A stretch of 60,310 nucleotides of DNA, the filler included, from Sphacelaria rigidula (lineage: Eukaryota), in assembly GCA_964200075.2 (NCBI GenBank). It is 3 parts of 3 records of this genome, joined end to end, with 100 filler letters (N's around TTAATTAATTAA, not from the genome) between each part and the next. Parts side by side here need not be neighbours in the genome. Positions count along the whole stretch, not along the records: positions 40,279 to 60,310 come from CAXNAA020000579.1; 2 more parts are not named here. One strand, given 5' to 3'. Positions 52,401 through 60,310 of the stretch are shown piece after piece. A program made the position numbers and the translations under genes. Position 1 is the first letter of the stretch; each line of letters starts with the position of its first letter. A model generated the notes under the pieces. It made no database searches. It was not told the origin of the DNA and saw nothing but the letters and a program-made list of their open reading frames with translations.

Positions 52401-55400
52401 CGTCCTCGCACTGGTGCTCGTGGCAAGTGCTCTCTACCAGTGCGTCCCGTGTTTCGTTACCCTACTCTGCAGCCTGCTGCTCGCTACGAAGAGATACTGG
52501 TGGACAGGTAAACGAGCGTGTGACCCGACAGCGCTGTCTCACATCAAGCCAACGAGGCGACCAGTCCCCACGGAGTGTTGGCACTCCGACGATTGTCATC
52601 ACACACACATGCGCAGGTGCTTCTATTGTCTGCTTCTGTCACAGAGACGGGACCAAGAGGTACATGAGCTATCGAGTCCTCCGATCACGACACGCGTGTT
52701 GAGTGCGCGTCCGTGAAGACACGATTCATAACTCCACACCGCCCAGGCACGGTTTCGCTTCTCGACCATCGCGCTTCATCACATGACCCGTCCCGCGTCT
52801 CACCACTCAGTTGATTCCCCTGGAGATTGACGAATACCAACATAACGCATTTCTCCAGCTCAGGGGGAATGGCACCTGTGGCAGCGACACGAGACAAAAC
52901 AAATGTGTGGTGGGCGCCTTGGGGGAGCAACCCACAACTAACACGAGAGCTCCACGTTTACTACCAACGCGCTGGCAGGACAACTTTCTACAAGCCGGGC
53001 GGACCCGTGCTTCACCAGGCCCAGTCAGCATGCCCGCCGGTACAACGTGCTCGCACTGGTGTTCGTGGCAAGTGCTCTCTACCAGTGCGTCCCGTGTTTC
53101 GTTCCCCTACTCTGCAGCCTGCTGCTCGCTACGAAGGGATACTGGTGGACAGGTAAACGAGCGTGTGACCCGACAGCGCCGTTTCACTTCGAGCCAACGA
53201 GGCGACCGTTCCCCAAGGAGTGTTGGCACTGCGCCGACTGTCATCACACACACATGCGCACGTGCTTCTATTGTCACGGAAACTGGACCAAGAGATACAT
53301 GAGCTATCGAGTCCTCCGATCACGACACGCGTGTTGCGTGCGCCTCCACGAAGACATGACTCATAACCCCACACCGCCCAAGCACGGTTTCGCTTCTCGA
53401 CCATCGCGCTTCATCACATGACCCGTCCCGCGTCTCACCACTCAGTTGATTCCCCTGTAGATTGACGGAATGTAGCTCAACACACTGCCCTAGCTCCGGC
53501 GGAATGGCACCTGTGGCAGCGACACGCGATACAACAAATGTGTTATGGAGTCTCGAGAGAGGAAACCACAACCAACACGCAAGCTCCACGTTGCCTATCC
53601 GCGCGCTGGCAGGACAACTCTCTACAAGCCGGTCGGACCCGTGCTCCACCAGGCCCAGTCAGCATGCCCGCCGGTACAACGTGCTCGCACTGGTGCTCGA
53701 GGCGAATGCTCTCCACCAGTGCGTCCCGTGTTTCGTTCCCCTACTCTGCAGGCTGCTGCTCGCTACGAAGGGATACTGGTGGACAGGTAAACGAGCGTGT
53801 GACCCGACAGCGCTGTCTCACTTCGAGCCAACAAGGCGACCAGTCCCCACGGAATGTTGGCACTCCGCCGATTGTCATCACACACACATGCGCACGTGCT
53901 TCAATTGTCCACTTCAGTCACGGAGACTGGACCAAGAGGTACATGAGCTCTTGAGTCACGACACGCGTGTTGCGTGCGCGTCCACGAGAACATGATTTAT
54001 AACCCCACACCCCCCAGGCACGGTTTCGCTTCTCGACCATCGCGCTTCACCACATGACCCGTCCCGCGTCTCACCACTCAGTTGATTGCCCTGGAGTTCG
54101 ACGATTTCTAGCGAACCGCATTCCCCCAGCTCCGGCGGAATGACACCTGTGGGAACGACACGCGATACAAGGAATGTGTCATGGAGTCTCGGGAGAGGAA
54201 ACCACAACTAACACGCAAGCTCCACGTTGCCTATCCACGCGCTGGCAGGGCAACTCTCTACAAGCCGGGCAGACCCGTGCTTCACCAGGCCCAGTCAGCA
54301 TGCCCGCCGGTACAACGTGCTTGCACTGGTGCTCGTGGCAAGTGCTCTCTACCAGTGCGTCCCGTGTTTCGTTCCCCCTACTCTGCAGCCTGCTGCTCGC
54401 TACGAAGGGATACTGGTGGACAGGTAAACGAGCGTGTGACCCGACAGCGCTGTCTCACTTCGAGCCAACGAGGCGACCAGTCCCCACGCAGTGTTGGCAC
54501 TCCGCCGACTGCCATCACACACACATGCGCGGGTGCTTCTATTGTCTACTTCTGTCACGGAGACTGGACCAAAAAGGTACATGAGCTATCGACTCCCCCG
54601 ATCACGACACGCGTGTTGCGTGCGCGTCCGTGAAGACATGATTCATAACCCCACACCGCCCAAGCACGGTTTCGCTTCTCGACCATCGCGCTTCACCACA
54701 TGACCCGTCCCGCGTCTCACCACTCAGTTGATTCCCCTGGAGATTGACGGACCTTAGCTCACGGCACTTCCTCAGCTCCGGCGGAATGGCACCTGTGGCG
54801 AAGACACGCGATACAACAAATGTGTTATGGAGTCTCGGGAGAGGCACCCACAACCAACACGCAAGCTACACGTTTCCTACCAACGCGCTGGCAGGACAAC
54901 TCTTCTACAAGCCGGTCGGACCCGTGCTCTACCAGGCCCAGTAAGCATGCCCGCCGGTACAACGTGCTCGCACTGGTGCTCGTGGCGAACGCTCTCTACC
55001 AGTGGGTCCCGTGTTTCGTTCCCCTACTCTGCAGCCTGCTGGTCGGTACTTACGGATACTGGTGGACAGGCAAACGAGCGTGTGACCCGACAGCGCTGTC
55101 TCACATCAAGCCAACGAGGCGACCGGTCCCCACGCAGTGTTGGCACTCCACCGATTGTCATCATACACACATGCGCAGGTGCTTCTCTTGTCTACTTCTG
55201 TCACGGAGACTGGACCAAGAGGTACATGAGCTATCGAGTCCCCCGATCACGACACGCGTGTTGCGTGCGCGTCCACGAAGACATGATTCATAACCCCACA
55301 CGCACAGGCACCGTTTCGCTCCTCGACCATCGCGCTTCACCACATGACCCGTCCCGCGTCTCACCACTCAGTTGATTCCCCTGGAGTTCGACGATTTCTA

Positions 55401-56725
55401 GCGAACCGCACTTCCCCAGCTCCGGCGGAATAGCACCTGGGGCAGCGACACGCGATACAACAAATGTGTTGTGGAGTCTCGGGAGAGGAACCCACAACTA
55501 ACACGCAAGCTCCACGTCCCCCATCCACGCGCTGGCAGGACAACTCTCTACAAGCCGGTCGGACCCGTGCTCCACCAGGCCTAGTCAGCATGCCCGCCGG
55601 TACAACGTGCTTGCACTGGTGCTCGTGGCAAGTGCTCTCTACCAGTGCGTCCCGTGTCTCGTTCACCTACTCTGCAGCCTGCTGCTCGCTACGGAGGGAT
55701 ACTGGTGGACAGGTAAACGAGCGTGTGACCCGACAGCGCTGTCTCACTTCGAACTAACGAGGCGACCGGTCCCCACGCAGTGTTGGCACTCCGACGGTTG
55801 TCATCACACACACATGCGCACGTGCTTTGACTGTCTCTTTCTGTCACGGAGACTGGACAAAAAGGTACATGAGCTATCGAGTCCTCCGATCACGACACGC
55901 GTGTTGCGTGCGCGTCCACGAAGACATGATTTATAACCCCACACCACCCAGGCACGGTTTCGCTCCTCGACCATCGCGCTTCACCACATGACCCGTCCCG
56001 CGTCTCACCACTCAGTTGATTCCCTTGAAGATTGACGGACCTTAGCTCACAGCACTCCCCCAGCTCCGGCGGAATGGCCCCTGTGGCGGAGACACGCGAA
56101 GCCATAACTGTGTTATGGAGTCTCGGGAGAGGAAACCACAACTAACACGCAATTTCCACGTTCCCTACCAACGCGCTGGCAGGACAACTCTTCTACAAGC
56201 CGGTCGGACCCGTGCTCCACCAGGCCCAGTCAGCATGCCCGCCGGTACAACGTGCTCGCACTGGTGCTCGTGGCAAGTGCTCTCTACCAGTGCGTCCCGT
56301 GTTTCGTTCCCCTACTCTGCAGCCTGCTGCTCGCTACGAAGGGATACTGGTGGACAGGTAAACGAGCGTGTGCCCCGGAAGCGCTGTCTCACATCAAGCC
56401 AACGAGGCGACCAGTCCCCACGCAGTGTTGGCACTCCGCCGACTGTCATCATACACACATGCACACGTGCTTCCATTGTCTACTTCTGTCACGGAGACTG
56501 GACCAAGAGGTACATGAGCTATCGAGTCCTCCGATCACGACACGCGTGTTGCGTGCGCGTCCACGAAGACATGATTCATAACCCCACACCGCCCAAGCAC
56601 GGTTTCGCTCCTCGACCATCGCGCTTCACCACATGACCCGTCCCGCGTCTCACCACTCAGTTGATTCCCCTGGAGTTCGACGATTTCTAGCGAACCGCAC
56701 TCCCCCAGCTTCGGTGGAATGGCAC
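43411..56725 (-). CDS. LRR domain encoded one repeat per exon: 22 exons of 72 bp, consensus GAIPPELGxCxxLxxVxLQGNQLS
   Basis: Exons at 56654-56725, 56009-56080, 55365-55436, 54721-54792, 54075-54146, 53439-53510, 52804-52875, 52160-52231, 51517-51588, 50625-50696, 49981-50052, 49336-49407, 48693-48764, 48049-48120, 47402-47473, 46757-46828, 46113-46184, 45468-45539, 44823-44894, 44176-44247, 43749-43820 and 43411-43482 (divergent). Each is bounded by YAG| and |GTGAG (GTGGG once), is phase 1/1, stop-free, and fits the 24-aa plant-specific LRR class. No start exon found in the window. Confidence 0.93.
51193..51442. mobile_element. 250-bp MITE inserted in one intron of the LRR array
   Basis: TIRs GAGTCATCCTACGATAGGGGGG / CCCCCCTTTCGTAGGATGGCTT; duplicates AACC (51189-51192 / 51443-51446) of the empty-site consensus TGATTCATAACCCCACACC seen in sister units. 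Confidence 0.92.
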
Positions 56726-57169
56726 CTGTGGCAGCGACACGCGATACAACAAATGTGTTATCGAGTCTCGGGAGAGGAACCCACAACTAACGCGCAAGCT
56801 CCACGTTCCCTACCAACGCGCTGGCAGGACAACTTTCTACAAGCCGGTCGGACCCGTGCTCCACCAGGCCTAGTCAGCATGCCCGCCGGTACAACGTGCT
56901 TGCACTGGTGCTCGTGGCAAGTGCTCTCTACCAGTGCGTCCCGTGTCTCGTTCCCCTACTCTGCAGCCTGCTGCTCGCTACGAATGGATACTGGTGTAAA
57001 CGAGCGTGTGAGACTGGACCCAGAGGAACATGAGCTATCGAGTCCTTCAATCACGACACGCGTGTTGCGTGCACGTCCACGAAGATCTGAGTCATAGCAC
57101 TACGGCGCCCAGACACGGTTTCGCTTCTCGACCATCGCGCTTCACCACATGACCCGTCCCGTGTCTCTC

Positions 57170-57235
57170 CATTCAGTCGATTCCCCTGAAGATTGACGGC
57201 TTTTATCATACTCACTCCCCAAGCCACGTTTGCTC
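57170..57235 (-). pseudogene. Broken 23rd LRR exon at the 5' edge of the array
   Basis: Retains GTCAATCTTCAGGGGAATCGACTGAATG (VNLQGNRLN), but the donor is GAGAG instead of GTGAG and the GAIPPEL half with the acceptor is deleted. Confidence 0.8.
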
Positions 57236-57639
57236 AAGCCGGTGGAACCCGTTGTCTACCAGGCTCATTCAGCATGCCCGCCGGTACAACACACATATAC
57301 ACATCAATGAGGGGACTCATGGGGCCAATTTGCGCAGGTGACGGCTGATACACACGTTATCCGCACTCAGTACCCAACAGCCCCAGGTTACACGGGCAGT
57401 GGGCAACGTACATAACGTGCGTATGAAGTTGGTAGCACCGGCCTCATGGTCGATGACGTACAACGCGAATCAGCGGAGCAGCGTGCACATTTCTAGTTCA
57501 TTGAACACTGCAGTTACATGCTCATGCTGCCTGAAACTTGTGTGCATCGCAGAATAATACGAGTAAAATGTACTAGCGGCAACCAGGTATGTCCAAGTCG
57601 CGACGACGTCCAAGTACGCCCAGTCGGGATGCGTTATTG

Positions 57640-58010
57640 TTTTGGCACTGTGTGTTGCAGGAGGCGCGTTTCCCGTCAGCTCCGAGGCGGTTTACACCCC
57701 CACGATGGCTTAAACGGTGGCTATAAAGTGTTTGGGTGTAGTGCCGGTGGTGTAGTGTCGATGCAGGGCAAATGGGACAAGCGCGGACAGGTATTCCACT
57801 CGCTGAGCTTGGACATGAGCCATGTGTGCTATGCCCAAGTCCAGTCGGGCGGCGGTATTTGTTGGCACTGTGTGCAGCTGGCGCGTTTCACGTCCGCTAT
57901 GAGGCCGTTTGCAACGTGCGATGGCTTGAACGATGGCTACGGACTGTGTGAATGCATATCGAGTTGTGTGGTGTCCATGCAAGTCACATGGAACGAACGC
58001 GGGCAACATG
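57640..58010. repeat. Diverged ~215-bp tandem duplication
   Basis: TGGCACTGTGTG...GCGCGTTTC...CGATGGCTT(A/G)AACG(G/A)TGGCTA...GTGTC(G/C)ATGCA occurs at ~57642-57790 and ~57863-58010. Confidence 0.6.
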
Positions 58011-59086
58011 TGAAATTCGCGGCTAAACCTGGACATGACTTCGTCCGAGTCGCGACTCGGATATGGCTTCATCCTTTCAGCAATGCAGTTGTTTGTCTTG
58101 TTCAATACCTGCTGCCTAGTGACAATCATAGCGAGTACGATATCAATCGGGCACGCGAACAGCACAGGCAGCAACGGATCTTCTCGGCCGTATCATAAAC
58201 CCTTGATGGAAATACTGGCTTGTGTTGTGTGGTACCGTCCTCGAGACAGACCGACTACCGTCGCGCGGACAGCAGTGTATGGCAGAGGTTGCCCCGTGGT
58301 GGGTAGACCACTTGCTTCTGCAGCAGAAGATGAAAAAAGACATGATTTTCAGGGGCTCTTATGCGGCCGGCACAGAATAAAAAGCACAGTCTCTTCTCAA
58401 AGCAGAGAGCTGGAACGAACGAAGGAGAGAGATTGCGTTTGGCACCCAGTTGGGTTAGTCCAAGCATATTCAATCCTGGAACGAGAAGCCAAATCCATAC
58501 ACGTACGTGAGATCGGATCGTATTATCAAGCTCAACATCGCTACTGCTGACGCGGTAGCCTTGCCAGCTCTTAGCGTAGATTAGCTGCAATCCCATGCAC
58601 AAGATATCTCTTCAGCTTATGGGGCCTAAATACTCTGCTAGAGTGTCTTCCACTGATAAATCATGGCACCAGGCTTTCTCCAGCAATATCCTACTTGAAA
58701 CGTGTAGCCTCTGCCCGAGGATCTGGACAAGAGGGCTTCCAACGAGGTACTCCTCCAGTATCACTGGCCTCGTGCTCGACAAGTCCTTGCTTATAACTTG
58801 TTATTATTGCGGGGTGATCCTAAACAGATCACGAGCCAGGCAGCAAGGGGCCACACAGAAAAGGGCCATCAATGCAGGATCCTGTCCCCTGCCACTGCTC
58901 CAATCATGCACGGGATTATACTGAAACCCTACGGCGTGGTATTATTTGGTTACAGCACCGTCAAAGCGTGTTCAAGACAAACGAACGAGCTTGACAACCA
59001 ACCAACAAAAACCAAGGCGAAATCGCATGTGGCAGATCACAAAGAAAAACCATACTCCAACGCTAATTTACTTGTCAGCGCCTCAA

Positions 59087-60310
59087 TCACAGTCTACGCA
59101 GTTCCTTCAAAACAAATTCAGGCGCAGAAGAATGAATCTTGCGAAGAGAATCCCACGTACGTTTTCCAGCACCGAACCCATCCCAACCGACCAAAACAAT
59201 GACATCGTCATTGCCATCTTCAGCGACGTGCACCAAAGCATTCATCCGACATTCACCTTGAGCATACGAATGCTGAAATACATCTTTTACCTTCGCAGTG
59301 ATGTGTAACTGCGAGTCAGCATAGAAACGCAAATGAGCGACGTGGGCCAAGTGAACGGCGCCAGAAACAATGTTCTGCACCGAATACACGGGAGCGGATC
59401 GGCTCCGATCACTCGCCACCGACCTGTCCATGTGGACATCAACTCGGGCGTCACGCCTTGCCTACGAATACGGCCATACAAGACGAAATCTCCCACTGCG
59501 AACTTGGGTAACGCAGCCTAGCCCTGAGCAAGCTTGCGTTTGGTTTCGCAAGACACCGCGGTGGCAGCTTGTACTTCGTTACACAAACCGCACTTGCTCG
59601 TGAACCACGCCTCGAACCTTGTCACGCAACGTATCAGCATCCATAACATCGACGTTCGACTCGCCGCAAGTGACGGAATCCAGCGCGGAGAACTCTGTAC
59701 GCGGCGCACGCCCAAACATCACATAATACGGAGTGTTACGGTACAGTTCACGAAAAAGAAGTGTTCAACGCCCACTGAGCGGCTGGCAAAATATCAACCC
59801 CTTCAGACCCCGGCGGTCTTTGCTCCGACATGATGGACCGCAACGCACGAACAACCTCTTTTCAACATGCCTTCACAAGCACCATTCGACCAGGGGGTAT
59901 ACACAACAGCAAATTGGTGTTGCACCTTGAGCGCGACGCTCAGCTGCGCGATCACTCGATTCTTGAAGTGCGTCGCGGTATCACTAACCCACACACGCCG
60001 CACCCCCAAAGTCTTGCATCGATGGAGCAAGTGCTTAGCCGTAACCTTGACGGTCCAAGCCTCGGTCGGCTCCAACCAAACGGAATTGAACAAAGCATCC
60101 ATGATAACCAAACCATATCGAAAACTAGCCTCGTCAGGCCAACCATTAGCACCTTCAGGTCCGCTACTTCCGACGTACATAAAATCAAAGACCACAACTT
60201 CAGCTGGCGCTGTACCATGCACAGTATCGCCATACGGACGAGGTACCATCGCACCAGCACGAGTGTCTACACAAGGCAAACACTGGCGAACGAACTCGCG
60301 AACGTGGGAA
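59087..60310 (-). mobile_element. Ty3/Gypsy retrotransposon remnant: integrase plus C-terminal chromodomain, frameshifted; runs off the window end
   Basis: CxxC zinc-binding end, integrase core (VVVFDFMYVG, WVSDTATHFKN, YTPWSNGACE), GPY/F-like STWTGRWRV, HVAHLRFY and chromodomain-like VLVGWDGFGAGKRTWDSL. Confidence 0.92.

Larger units (their letters stand above)
43020..57290 (-). repeat. Tandem array of ~645-bp exon+intron units (~23 copies)
   Basis: Exon-to-exon spacing is 635-647 bp through the core, 892 bp where a MITE is inserted, and shorter with more divergence at both edges; intron sequence is near-identical between copies. Confidence 0.98.

Noticed and set aside
43749-56725. Invariant Cys in every LRR as a novel metal- or disulfide-binding ladder
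   Set aside because: Cys at this position (ELGxC) is a common variant in plant-specific LRRs, and its invariance is explained by recent amplification.
44183-57097. Numerous 100-200 aa plus-strand ORFs (e.g. MLALVLVASALYQCVPC..., MPAGTTCSHWC...)
   Set aside because: They recur only because the intron is repeated, and their frames shift or stop between copies. Only the minus-strand 72-bp exon keeps length and frame.
43020-57290. CRISPR-like or plain satellite reading of the array (constant repeat plus variable spacer)
   Set aside because: Units are ~645 bp, the variable parts are homologous LRR codons bounded by spliceosomal sites, there are no cas genes, and the context is eukaryotic.
58250-58950. 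Possible reverse-transcriptase remnant on the minus strand (…CMDLAS…)
   Set aside because: Only one short motif-like match amid stops; not enough to call.

Overview
Intron-rich eukaryotic genomic DNA; gene style and repeats suggest a brown alga (Ectocarpus-like, inferred). Two artificial 100-bp spacers (N..TTAATTAATTAA..N) split the window into three contigs, so linkage across them is unproven. Contig 1 (1-20041): transposon debris, a full-length but decayed Ty1/Copia element (6630-12438), MITEs and the first two exons of a USE1-like ER SNARE. Contig 2 (20142-40178): one six-exon gene for a low-complexity G/Q/S-rich coiled-coil protein whose introns carry MITEs and repeats. Contig 3 (40279-60310) holds the main signal: a ~14-kb minus-strand tandem array of ~645-bp units. 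Each unit carries one 72-bp, phase-1/phase-1 exon encoding a single 24-aa LRR (22 open exons plus one broken copy). The introns are near-identical, the exons are hypervariable at a few codons and look mosaic, a ZU5-like ORF lies downstream, and a chromodomain Ty3/Gypsy remnant lies upstream. This resembles the exon-shuffling candidate immune receptors known in brown algae, but here with an apparent LRR-ZU5 (PIDD-like) architecture rather than LRR-ROC-COR. All identities and domain calls were made by eye; no searches were run.
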